This document shows positions 50,185 through 62,000 of a stretch of 62,000 bases of DNA, in pieces. The notes under the pieces are model-generated. The model did no database searches. It saw only the letters and a list, made by a program, of their open reading frames with translations, and was not told the origin of the DNA. This stretch comes from Vicugna vicugna (Eukaryota). Positions within the stretch are counted from its first letter, which is position 1. The number at the start of each line of letters is the position of its first letter. The DNA is taken from NCBI GenBank assembly GCA_013265495.1, contig MU057887.1:3745668-3807667 (forward strand). Reading direction: 5' to 3'. The translations under genes were made by a program, and so were the position numbers.

Positions 50185-52240
50185 GCCCCATCAGCAGACA
50201 GGCTGCCTCAAGACCTGAGCCCACAGCTTCCCCAGGACCCAGGCCTCTCCACCAGTGTACCAGCACTAGTCCCGGAACCGCCGGGGCCCTGCAGCCCACC
50301 CCCCAGCAGGCCCGCACCAGCCCTGGGGCCCCATAGCCAGCAGCCTGTGACCGGCCCCACCCGCCATGGCCAGCAGCCTCCACACAAGACAGGACCTGGC
50401 AACTAACCAGACCAGGGGCCAGCCACGCCTACGAGACCACCCACGCAGCCCGCACGGCATAGAGCTCTGGTACTCAGAGCGGGGTGCACACTGCAGCCCA
50501 GAGGGTGCCTACAAAAAGCCACTTCTCCAAGATCAGGAACTATAAGGAACCTACCAGATACAAAGAAATACAACCCAGCAAAAGAGTGGCAAAAAGGAGG
50601 TGACAGAGAAACATGTTGCAAATGAAGGAACAAGGTAAAACCCCAGAAGCACTCACTGAGTGGAGTGGAGGCAGGCAGTCTACCTGAGAAAGAGTTCAAA
50701 GCAATGGCCATAAAGACCAAAGAACTCAGGAGAATGGGTGGATACAATGAGAAATGGGAAGTTTTTAACAGCGTTAAAAAGTGTAAAGAAGAACTAAACA
50801 GACACGAAGACACAGGCGCTGAAATGAACAATGTGCTAGAAGGGATCAGCGGTAGAGTCAGCGGCGCAGAGGGATGAGGCAGCTGGAAGACAGGGTAGCG
50901 GAAATCACCGGTGCTGAACAGAAAAAGGACTGAAAAGAAGTGAAGACAGTGTAAGGGACCTCAGGCACATCAGTGTACCAGCACTCGCACTGTAAGTTCC
51001 CAGAAGGAGGAGGGAGGGAAAGGGCCAGAGAGCACATGTGCCTTCCCTTCCCTGGGGAGGGGACAGTCACACGGGTCCATGCGGCGCAAAGTCCCACACG
51101 GAGTCAACCCAGAGCGGCCCACACCAAGGCACACTATGATTAAAATGGCAAAAGTAAAGATAGTGTTAAAAGCAGCGAGCTACAAACAAAGGAGCACCCG
51201 TGAGGTTACGGCTGACTCTCCAGCAGACACACTGCAGCCTGGAAGGGACGGCATGATGCCTTCATTCAGAGTGATGAAGGGGAACCTGCAGCCGAGGGTA
51301 CCCCACCTGGGAGGGTGCATTTGGACTGATGGCGAGGTCTGAAGTTTTACAGACAAGCGGGAGGTAAAAGTTCCTTACCACCCAGCCAGCTTTACAAGAA
51401 ATGTTAGAAGAGCATCTCTAAGTGGGGAGAAGGCCATAACTAGAAACATGAAAATTACAAACGGGAAAAGCTGACTGGTAGAGGCGAGCACACAGTGAAA
51501 GCACTAGAGCCAGCATGTGCAGAGCCGGTGCTGAGATTAGAAGACGGAAGTGGTAGTCGTCTGTGTCCATAGCCAGCAGCTAAAGGATGCACAAAACAAG
51601 AGGATGTAAAATAAGAAATTATTACAAAACAGTCATCGTGAGGAAGGAGAGTAAAAATGCGGGGCTGTTGACGTGTGCTTGAACTTGGGATCAGCAGCTT
51701 GACCGCACAGTGGATGGATAGCTGTGTGCGGTCAGCAGCTGTGATGTCTGTGTGGGGACAGATTGTGACAAGACATTGTGATCGTTTTGAAATGCAGAGA
51801 AATAGCCAGTCCCTGTGTTGTTTAACAGGAACTAACATCCTGTTGAAGGTCAGTTATACTTCACACACAGATTCCGAGAAAAAGGGATCAGATTTGCAGT
51901 CACCCGGGATGGGGGAGGGGGAATTGGATGAAGGGGGTCAAAAGGCACAAAGTTCCAGTTGTAGGACAGGTGAGTACTGGGGTGTGATGAGCAGCAGGAC
52001 GGGTGTAACTATAGTGCTGCTGGGTGTCACTTGGGAGGGCTGCCCAGAGAGAGTCCTGGGAGCTCGCATCACAGGGAAGAGCACTTTTCCTCTTCAGTGA
52101 CGCACCTGGTGAGATGACGGCTCACCAGCCCTGCTGTGGCTGTCATCTCATGACGTGCGCAAGTCAGACCACAATGCTACGCGCCTTAAACTTGCATCGT
52201 ACTGTGTGTCGGTCACATCTCAGTCAAACTGGAAGGAAAA
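50185..52240 (+). mobile_element. L1-derived element with 5' UTR, ORF1 and 3' UTR but no evident ORF2
   Basis: ORF1-like peptides (LPEKEFKAMAIK; NPERPTPRHTMIKMAKVK), then an L1-type 3' UTR ending tctcagtcaaactggaaggaaaa. Confidence 0.7.
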
Positions 52241-52557
52241 ACAGTAGTAAGAGTTGAGCTCATTGGAAGTTTAGAAACAGTGTTTTAAAGCTCACAGGTC
52301 CCCGGAGGTCGGTTCCTGGGGCGCTCAGCCCCGTTGTCCTGTTGCAGGCAAAGCAGCTCTGCTCTCCTGCTCACGGAGACGCCGGGCAGGGCAAGCAGGC
52401 CCCAGAGCTGAGTCCCACTCTGCAGCCCACGGGCGGGGGCCCGCGGCTCACATAGCAGCTGTTCTGGTGGCTGAACGTCAGTCTTTCTAAAATAGGGAAG
52501 GATGTTTAGGTGAAAACGTCTGGTATCAAATGCCTGGTGATTACAGATTGTTTTTAA

Positions 52558-52851
<294 letters not shown>

Positions 52852-53901
52852 TGAGAGGGGGCCTGCGGCTGTGCAGGCCGACGATCAAAGAAGGAAGGAG
52901 GCCTCACGTGGCCGCCTTTGCCGGGACCATCTTGCCCGCCCCCTGCCCGGCTACACTGTTGCTCCTCTCTTCTCAGGCCTGTTGTGACGAGCTGAGGGAG
53001 CCTGCCTGCTGTTTCAGGTGGAGGCTGGAGCCAGGAGGGGGAGGGGACTGCTGGAGGGGGCACATCCACACAGGGTCCGGGAAGGGAAAGGGTCTGTCTC
53101 GTTGGCGGTGAGGAGCTCGCTGCCCCTTCTTGAGGGTGGGGGGCATTTTCTGGAGGCTTTTGGGGTCCATGGGCTGAGGCTTGGCTGAGCAGAACGAGGG
53201 CCCGGGCCTGTGTGGCATCAGGGTGAGAGGGAGGGAAGAGACTGGGAAGTGGCGGGAGGAGACTTGTGGAGGATGGGGGCCCCTCGAGTGTGGAGAGATG
53301 GGGCATCAGGAGTAGAGGAAGAGGGTCTGGAGGGAAGCTGGGGCAGGGGGTGTCTTGCCCTGAACCCACAGAGCGTGCCTGCCTGGGAGGCGCGGGGCCC
53401 TCTGCCACACCAGGGAGTGACGCTGCCTGGACCGCGGGGAGGCTTCTGTGTCTCTGCTTGACATGCGTGGTCTTTCCTCAGCCTTCACGCTGCGCGTACC
53501 ACAGATGCTGTCCTCGTGTGCGGCTTCCATCACAGGGTCCCCTTCGGTCCTGTTTCTGCTGGTCGCTTTCTCCCCTCATGGGTTGTGGTTTCTGCTTATT
53601 TCCATGCCTGGTCATCTCTGTTTAGATGCCGGACGTCCTGCATTTTACCCTGTTGGGTGTTGCATGTTTTTCTCTTCCTGAAAATGTTTTTGAGTTTTTG
53701 AATTTTGTTTTGGATGCAGTTAAATTACTTGGAAACAGATACATTCAAAGCTGGCTTTAAGGCTTTGTGAGGTGAGACCAGAGTGGCTGTTAGGTTAGGG
53801 CTGCTGCGTGCTGAGCGCCCCTTTACCCTAGGCCTTTCCATTCGGGCCAGTGGGCCTGCGCTGCTCTCAGGCCTGTGGGTCTGAGGGCTGTCCTCTGTGA
53901 T

Positions 53902-54030
53902 CCAGTGGTTCTCAGCAGGTGGCACTCCCCCCGGGAGACGTTTTCAGTTGTCACGGCTGAGGGTGCTAACAACCTCTGGAGCAGGGAGGCCAGGAGTGCT
54001 GCTAAACACCGTGCAGTGCCTGGGACAGCG
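53902..54030 (+). mobile_element. MER20-like hAT-Charlie DNA transposon fragment
   Basis: cagtggttctca...ggagacgttttcagttgtcac...gaggccaggagtgctgctaaacacc matches the recalled MER20 consensus. Confidence 0.75.
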
Positions 54031-54455
54031 GCCTCGGGGAGTGTCCATCTAGGGGCCCTGCCCTCGCCCCTTCCCGGGATGCTCTCCCACAGCTGGCCGA
54101 CAGAGTTCCTTGTGTTTGCACGTGGATCAGCGCTCAGTTGGCGGCTCAGAGGGGACGCTGGGAAGCTCTGCTGCCCCCCTTCCCGGCCCTCAGTCCCCAG
54201 CCCCACCCCCCGCTCTCTCTCTGTGTGCAGCTTGGGGGCTCTGTTGGGGGCAGCTGGGTGGCTGCGAGCTCACTTAGATGGGTCCCCATCTCAGGCTGGC
54301 TTCCCACGCCACCTGGTGGTCAGCGTGGAAGGCCGTCGTTACATCGGTCTGGCAGACCGATGGCTCCAGGGCCGCCGACGTCCTGACATGCCAGTGTGTG
54401 TGTGAAAGAGAGAGGTGTCACCCTGCTGTCGCTAGCGTGCTGGGTTCTTTTTCAG

Positions 54456-54633
54456 CTTTTGAATATGTCCAACTACAAGGAGAAGTTTTCAACTTTGCTG
54501 TGGCTGGAGGAGATTCACGCGGAGATAGAGCTGAAAGAGTACAACATGACTGGGGTCACCCTGAGAAGGAACGGGGACTTCCTGGTTCTGGAGGTCCCCG
54601 GGCTGGCCGAGAGCAGGCCCTCCCTGTATGCAG
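54456..54633 (+). CDS. MOV10L1: MOV10L1 exon 11, [23 protein letters not shown]...[11 protein letters not shown]
   Basis: ttctttttcag acceptor, G|gtgcgc donor, 178 nt. Confidence 0.97.
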
Positions 54634-54908
54634 GTGCGCTGCTCAGGGGCCGCGTGTTGCTGGGTGGCCTCACAGACGCTGGGCCAGTCGGAAGGAGCAC
54701 GTTTAACTGGCAGCGCCAGCCCTGCCGCCCAGCCCCGGGCCATGTGTGGTCTCCCTGAAGGCCAGGGCGCGGCCCCGGCGCAGCCAGCATTCCCTGCGCT
54801 GACGGACCCCGCGCAGCGGCCCCAGTGACGCGTCTGTTGTGCTCCGCTTCTTCAGACTGCGTGATGTCACAGTCTTGTCGTCTTACACGAGTAATGTCTT
54901 TTAACTAG

Positions 54909-54979
54909 GTGACAGACTGATTTTAAAAACTCAGGAGTACAACGGACACATCATCGAGTACATTGGCTACGTGATCGAG
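54909..54979 (+). CDS. MOV10L1: MOV10L1 exon 12, [23 protein letters not shown]
   Basis: ttttaactag acceptor, GAG|gtaaga donor, 71 nt. Confidence 0.95.
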
Positions 54980-55904
54980 GTAAGACCCGCTCGCTCGCCA
55001 CGAGGACCTCCTGCCGCAGGCCCTTGGGGCGGATGGCATTTTGGGAAATTCAGGGTAAAGGGAACATTTCGATAAATCTGATGCATGAAGAGAATTTTGT
55101 AAAGAAATCCTGTTGTTTCAGTCACGTAAAACACACTCACCTTTAAAGTTACCACAAGTAGGTCATGATGTTTGCACGTCGGTGTGTGTTTAGTCAGAGG
55201 CGAGGCGGGCGTCTGAACACAGTCCAGGAGAGGGAGCCTCGGAAGGCAGCCTGCACGTAGGCATCGGGGAAGGTCGTGCTGGTGTAACCTGCCACCCCCA
55301 CGCCTGAGTGTGGTCTGTGCTCCTCCAGCTGGTCCTGCCTGCTCTCCACGGCGCGCCACACGGGGATGGAGGCCGGTCCAGGCGGAGGAACCACCATGCC
55401 ACGCACTCACTACGGAGAAATCAGAGCTGCCCAAGCCCTGGCTCTGGAGAGGGAGGAGGGGGTGCAAGAACCAGCCTGGGACAGGGTGGAGGCACCCTGG
55501 CCTCTGTGGCCCCGTCTGCTGTCTGCTGCAGCTCTGCCCACAGACCCACCTCCTCCTGGCGGCCAGGAGCTGAGCCGGTCGTCCCCGCGTCTGGCTGAGC
55601 GTCGCCCTCGCTGGGGCGGCTGGACAGTACCGGGGGTGTGGGTAGTTCTCCACGGAGGACAGAGGCATAAATAGTTACCAGGAGAGGAGAGGTCTGTTCA
55701 CCTACCCGAGGGGAGCGGAGAGGCGTCCCACTGCCTCGAGAGACAAGCGCAGTGTAGCCGCACGGTGACGCCACCCTTTCTATTTCTCCCACACTGAACA
55801 CACCAGACTTTAGCTCAGATCTGTGGAATGAGCGTTGACTGGTGCGTTGCAGAGTATGGGTAGAAGACTGTTCCAAGAAACCGGGTATAAAGTCTGTAAA
55901 GTAA

Positions 55905-56015
<111 letters not shown>

Positions 56016-57321
56016 TAATGCTTTTAGAGACTCCTCCTCCCGGGCAGGCAGGTCCTCTCCGCTTCGGCCCTCGCCATGCGAGTGGCGGTGCAGGCTGCTG
56101 CGCCGCCCGGACCACAGCTTTCCTTCCAGGCATAAAGACACACATGTTTGCATGTTTATTCTTCCTGGGACCTTGAGTACACGGATCTTTGGTTCCTCAC
56201 GTGCTGTCATCGTCAGTCCACTCCCTCCTTCGTCTGGTCACTCATCCTCTGTCACATCAGGGGCGCAGGGACCCCACCACCTGACACCTGTCCCTGTTCC
56301 TGCGCTAAACTCCCTACGGGGTGTGTGAAGCACACCATGTCTCCTCTCCTGTTGGGGAACTTGTGTGCCGTCCTCTCCTTGCTAGTTGCTGGCTGCTGCG
56401 GTGGACTCCCGTCTCCTTCACGCACACACCCCGACCCTCCTTGCTTTCTCGGCTGTGCACGAGGAGTGGGCAGCGATTTGGGGAATGGCCATGTTTCAGC
56501 TTTGCACTGGTGACAGAAGCATGTTCCAGTGTGAGCATCGGTAATGGCCGGCCGCTCCGTAGGGTGAACTTCTGGCTTCGTGCCGGCCTGCTGAGTGTGG
56601 CGCAGCTCACGGTGGGCTGGACGTATGTGTCTCGCTGCTTCTGAGGTTGAGGGTCTCCCTGTTTGCTGGCTCGTGCTGGGCCCCATGTCACCAAACCGAG
56701 ACTCAGCTGAACTGAAGTCTCGGCTGCTCCAGAAACAGAGTCTTAGACCAGCCAGGCAGGAGCCTCCTGGTCGGTACTGGGAGGTCATCTGCCTGGTGGA
56801 GCAGTGCCATCCCAACAGGAAGGTGACTGCGCTGTAACCAAGCCGCTTCTTTGCCTGAATAAGCTCCTTGTCCCTGCTCACCTCTGCCCTCACGTCCGAG
56901 CCGCAGCTCCGAGCCCCTCCTGTGCTTCTGCTGCCCGATCGGGGTCAGCCTTGCCCTAGTGAGCTCCTGAAGGTCCCCCAGGCTGCAGTCTTTCACCAGG
57001 CGTTCTAAGTGAGTCCCTCCCGTCAGAGTTACTCCCCTGCTGACGCAGCACTGGTAATGTTTCCCTGTCCCTTCACAGTTTGAATTTTCTGTTTTCCCTG
57101 CTTGTCCACTTTATACGTTACAACAGAAATATTTCCAGAAAGGAAGGTGTCCCTGCTGTCCTGACACTGTTTAAAGTTTTGCTATAAAACTCCTGGTGTC
57201 CTGCTGATGGCCCATGGCCTACAGTCCCCCTGGTGCTGCCTCCAGGCTGGTCTCTGGGTGAGTTTCGTGAAGCTTCAAGTCTCCAGACTCCAGAAGGTGA
57301 CTTGTGTCCTTTCTCCTGCAG

Positions 57322-57380
57322 GACCACCAGCAGACGGTGCCACTTTGCACTTGAACAAGCCATCCACTTGGGTGTAAAAG
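57322..57380 (+). CDS. MOV10L1: MOV10L1 exon 14, TTSRRCHFALEQAIHLGVK
   Basis: ttctcctgcag acceptor, G|gtatta donor, 59 nt. Confidence 0.95.
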
Positions 57381-57809
57381 GTATTACCTTTGTGGGATGG
57401 TGGTGCGACATCTCCAGGCTGTGTTCAGAGGTGTCAGCAGAGTGCGTGTGACTCGGTCTCTTTGGGCACACGCTAGAGGAACCCTGACACCCAGCATGTG
57501 TTCCTACAGGGAGTGTCAGTGTCCTTTGACTGTTGCAACTGTGCAGAAACAGCATGCTTACTTGACTAACAGTGAAGTCGTCGCGCTCCGCCCGTCTCCT
57601 CTTGCTATGACTCGTGTCTGTGTTCACAGCCAATAAATGATGGCTTTGTTGCACAGAGCACATGGTCCTGGCTTTGTGCTGTGGCTGAGATGGCACAGGG
57701 GCCGAGGAGGGAGGAGCAGTAGACACGGGTCACTGCAGGCCGCTGCCTCTGCACGTCATTCTTAGACTCTACAGTAACATCCGCCTTCTCACCTTTCCTT
57801 GTTTACAAG

Positions 57810-57907
57810 TGTTGTTTCCGGAAGAAATCATTTTGCAGTCTCCCCAAGTTATGTGGGATTGGAACCGTGCACAGGACACCCAGACCGATGGCCCACCCGC
57901 CTCCAAG
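57810..57907 (+). CDS. MOV10L1: MOV10L1 exon 15, LFPEEIILQSPQVMWDWNRAQDTQTDGPPASK; helicase core lies beyond the window
   Basis: cttgtttacaag acceptor, AAG|gtactg donor, 98 nt. Exons 1-15 sum to 2073 nt in one open frame. Confidence 0.93.
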
Positions 57908-59459
57908 GTACTGCTCCGGTGTTTAACCAGATCACAGATTAGCTCTCCGCTGACCGGCGGCAGACAAGTGTATTGAGCGTGGTCCCGGGAGAAACCAGGG
58001 TCACGGGTAAAGCAAAACTCACTAAAACGTGTGCAGTGCAGATGTGGCATGTAGGTCACATGCAGCTGCACGCAGTGTCACGGTGGCTGCAGTGTACTGA
58101 GTGGGGAAAAGCAAGATACTGATCTTTTGTGTGTGAGCTTACAGTTTTGTTTTTAAATTATGTGGTTTTGTGCACACTCAGACAGGCACATTTTTACGAT
58201 TACAGAAAAAGTGGGAAGGCACGCACCCCCAGCAACTTGCTGATGGGGAGCTTTCGTAAACGGTGCAGTGTGTCGCCTGTGTGCACAGTGCAGTGCCTGC
58301 AGCGTGTACACGACGAGACATGGTCGTCGTCGTTGTTGTCATTGTGTTTCTGTTAACAAGAAAAACTCCCATGCTGTGGTCAAGCTTGTAACTATAATTC
58401 TGTGCTGTTGGAATTAGCTTTTTTGAGCATGTTTTGAATTTATAAAAAATATATATTTTTTACTACATCTAACATTTAGAACTCCTTTGACCATTTTATG
58501 GCCCCTCTCCCAAAAAATGAAAAAAATGAGAGCTTTATAATGCGTGCACACAGAAAATTCTGTAAAGGAAACAGCAAAAGGTTTTCATTAGAATCATCTG
58601 CCATGTGATTTGTATCTGATCCTTTTGTCCTGAAAATGGAAAGGGGTCTTCACTGGACACGGGTGCTGTGTCATCCACAGAGCTCTCTGAGTACTCCCCC
58701 CACCCCACCCCCTGCCGGTCCGCCTGCTGCCTGCATCTCCTGGGTGGGGTGCTGACAGCTGCCTGAGGTGAGGGAGTGCTGCTGTGTAGGGGATTGCATT
58801 CCTGAGCCAGTGCATCTCAATGCTTTTAAATGCAGAGCATCCTCTTTCCATGGATTAGCCAGGTTGCAGATAAACTCAGTCATTCTGTGCGTCAACCAAG
58901 CTGACGTTACATGGACTGGACTTACCCTTCCACCTAAATCACTGAAAACCACACGAGATACGTAAAATAGCGGGTTCAGACGCTGAGCATCAGCTCCTGT
59001 AGGACAGTGGTTCCTGGGAGAGGAGCCGGTGCGGAGAGCCACTGACCGCCCAGCCGACCACCTGCAGAGCTCCCAGGCCAGGAGCACAGAGCGGGCAGGC
59101 GTCTGCCGAACCCTGGGCAGTCCAAGGGCAGGATGGAAGAGGTTTGGGTGCAGAGAGCTGGGGGAGAGCCCTGGGGCCTTTAACTGAGGCCTCGTCTGGT
59201 CACACTTGTGAGGGAAGGAGCCCCTGAGGAGCAGAGGAGGCCCTGAGCTCCCTCGGTGCTGGGGGCTTCATTCCTGGCCGTCAGCTGTGCCCCTCGGGGG
59301 TGCTGCCCGTGGGTCCGGAGGCCGATCGAGGAGTAAAGGCCCTGACGCTCGCCCGTCTGCTCCACGCACCGCAGCCACAGCCCATACAGTGCGCAGCCCT
59401 TGCGGGAGCGTGACAGTGTCTAGCACCCGTCAGGGCATAAAATTCATTCCATCCGGTAT

Positions 59460-61260
59460 CTGATCCCAAAATGAAACAACCTGAAAAACCCAGCCCATAA
59501 TAAGAAATTGCAGGCAACTGAAACCAACCCAGAAAACTGGCAGTGGCAGAATGAGTAGATGGGGGCGTTCAAGTCACTGTGGCTGTGTTCTGTGTGCTCG
59601 AGAGGAAGAGGGACGCGGGAGCCCTCTTCGCGGCACAGGAAGGACATCAAAGTCACCTGCTCGCCTTCAGGGGATGAAGACTCGAGGTCCGAGATGAAAA
59701 ATGTGCCAGAATTAACAGCAGACTAGACACTACAGAAGAGATTAGTGAATCTGAAGACATAGCAGTAGAAACTGCAAGACAGAATAAAAGGAATTTCTTT
59801 AAAAAGCTGAGAAAATAAACAAAGTGTATTGAAAAAAAAAAAGCATCAGTGATGTGTGGGATAGCTTCAGGCAGCCTCCCTACATGTGGTTGGCGTCCCA
59901 GGAGGGGAGTGGGGGGCTATGAGAACAAATAATGAGCAGAAGTTGTCCTAATTTGATGAAAATGATAAACCTACGAACCCAGGAAGCTCAGCAGACAGGA
60001 AATGCAAAGAAAACTGCACCAAGGCCTGTGACAATGAGATTCCCGAAATCACTGGAGGAGAACAAATCCTGAAAACAGAATGTCTCGTTATAAAGAGAAT
60101 TAGAAGTAAGACCTATAGCAGCCTCCCCGCCGCCAGCAGTGCGAGCCCGGGGTCCCGAGCGCACGCCCCGAGCTCTGCGGTCTGCCGCGTCCCTGCTGCC
60201 ACGGTGCTGTTCCCCAGCTGAGGTGTGTCCAGAGGGTGGGGCGTGTGTTATGCTCTTACTGCAGTAAAAGCTTTTAAATAATTTTTTAGAAGAAAATTGA
60301 CTTTTTAAAACTGAAGTAACAACAATGTATTGTAGCATTTGTAACGTACCGAGGACAGTTGGTAGAAATTGACAGGCTAATTACAAAATTCATGAGTGCA
60401 AAGGGCCTAGAATTTTGAAAACAACTTTAAAAAATTACAAACTCGTAAGTCATCTAACAAAGTAATCAGTGGAGTGTGGTCCTGTCACCAAGACAAGCCT
60501 GTGCAGAACAGAATTGCCTGGGAACGGACCCACACGTACTTGAACGACTGGAAGTCAGCAGAGGTCCTCTGGCAGCTGCAGAAAGGGTGGTCTTCTTAAC
60601 CAGCGCTGCTGGGGCATTTGGAGGTTGTGTGGGAAAGTGCGCCAAACGGCGCAGCAGCTAAAACTCGTCCAGGGTGGTTTGTGGCCCTAACGTGGAGCCT
60701 AATGAAAACTTCTAGAAAACACTGTGGGAGAATGTCTTCATGTCCCCCAGGTTAGGCATAGTCTGTCAATGTGATCTGAGCGTGGTCCGTAAAGAAAAAC
60801 AGATACACTTGGACGCCAGTGAAAATTAAATATTTCACTGTTCAAAAGACACCAAGACTACGAAAGACCAGTGACAGATTTCAGTCTGTGTGACAGCAGT
60901 AGGGAGCTCAAGGGGCTCGGCCTCGAGAGATGCATTCGTGTCCTTGTGGTGACAGGGTCATGGGTCCGGTTGTACACGTGGAACGTGCCCACCTCAGTAA
61001 ATGTCCCCTGCACTCTGCAGAACTCGGACGGTGGTGGAGGGTAACTGCTGTGACCTCCGGGAATCAGATTTGATGACATGTCTAAAATTTTCCATGTGAA
61101 AACTTCCAATGTAGCAATTTTACTTCTAGAATTTATCCTGTGGAAGTAATCTCGTGATTTCACAGAGATAAATGCACAGAGTAGCCTGTTACGGCCTTGT
61201 TTATAACGGGAAATTGGGAAACCGGTTCTGTCAGTCCAGGGCAGACTCTGTTTATGTTTA
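59460..61260 (+). mobile_element. Old L1 fragments (ORF1, then ORF2 3' part)
   Basis: cagactagacactacagaagagattagtgaatctgaagacatagcagtagaaac (ORF1-like); aaaacttctagaaaac and aaaattaaatatttcactgttcaaaagacacc (ORF2-like). Confidence 0.7.
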
Positions 61261-62000
61261 AACACACATAAAACCAGCTCCTGTGCGGGGCTGGAGCGCG
61301 GCGAGGAAGCCGCAGCACTGGCACCTGGCTTCACCTGCGAGGCCGAGAGCTTCTGCTTGTCCTCGCACGGGCTGTCGGGGTCCTGCACACGGCGGAGGAG
61401 GGTCTCCCCGCAGGCGAGCAGGGTCCATGTGGAAGGATGCGGGAGGAGACGACACCCTGGAGCCAAATGGAGTCCTTTGTTTCAGTGTCATCGTCACAAA
61501 ACTTAGGTTTTTTTAAAGGGGTGTGTAGAAAGAAATCTTCTTGGCAGTTTTTGTTACATGTTCTTCATTTTCGTTATGTCTTAAAAGGTAGGACCTGCGA
61601 CTTGGGCAGAGGGCTGTTGAGTAAATCAAACAAGCAGGATGTTCGTGATTGTTTAGATTTACACTTTAAGCCTGTGTGGACACAGCTTGCTTTTGAAGCC
61701 ATTTTTCTGCACGATCATTCCTAGGGTAGGAAAGCCACGAGGGACCCAGCTCAGGTCGGAGTTGAGGAGCGGCAGGCCGGTGCCGCGGAGGCAAGCGGTC
61801 TGGGTGAGTGTCGGGGCCGTGGAGCCTCTGGAGAAGCTGGCACTTGCATCTGGAAGTGAGGCTTGGAGGGGGGTGTTCTGACAGCCGCGCAGCCAGGCGG
61901 AGCGGAGACGTCTTGTCTCTGACGACTTCCTGATGATGGGCTGTTTTTGTCCTCCTGCTTGTGACCGTGTCTCTGCGTCCTGGGTGACGCTGCGCGGGTA

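Noticed and set aside
57908..62000. Search for MOV10L1 exon 16 and helicase motif I (GPPGTGKT)
   Set aside because: Not found; the region is intron and L1 relics, so the gene continues past the window.

Overview
Mammalian genomic DNA, GC-rich, probably from a camelid (two tRNA-derived SINEs resemble the camelid Vic-1 type). The window carries the TTLL8-MLC1-MOV10L1 block, syntenic with distal human 22q13.33. Minus strand: the 5' end of TTLL8 (tubulin glycylase; exons at 7116-7003 and 1010-919, plus a candidate first coding exon at 7889-7841 in a CpG island broken by a 431-nt N gap) and the complete MLC1 gene (11 coding exons, 26983->11096, 373 aa, all coding introns phase 0). Plus strand, head-to-head with MLC1: the first 15 coding exons of MOV10L1 (31608->57907, 691 codons, continuing past the window). 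Introns hold L1, L2, MIR, SINE, DNA-transposon and LTR relics. I found no new biological system. The best leads are a solo LTR inserted 66 nt upstream of the MLC1 start codon that offers new splice acceptors, an L1 3' transduction nested in another L1, Asp at the position of human MLC1 N141 (a disease residue), exon-level evidence for the MLC1 internal duplication, and a phase-compatible upstream TTLL8 exon next to an RFX X-box. Comparisons with human/mouse proteins and repeat consensuses are from memory and need checking by alignment.
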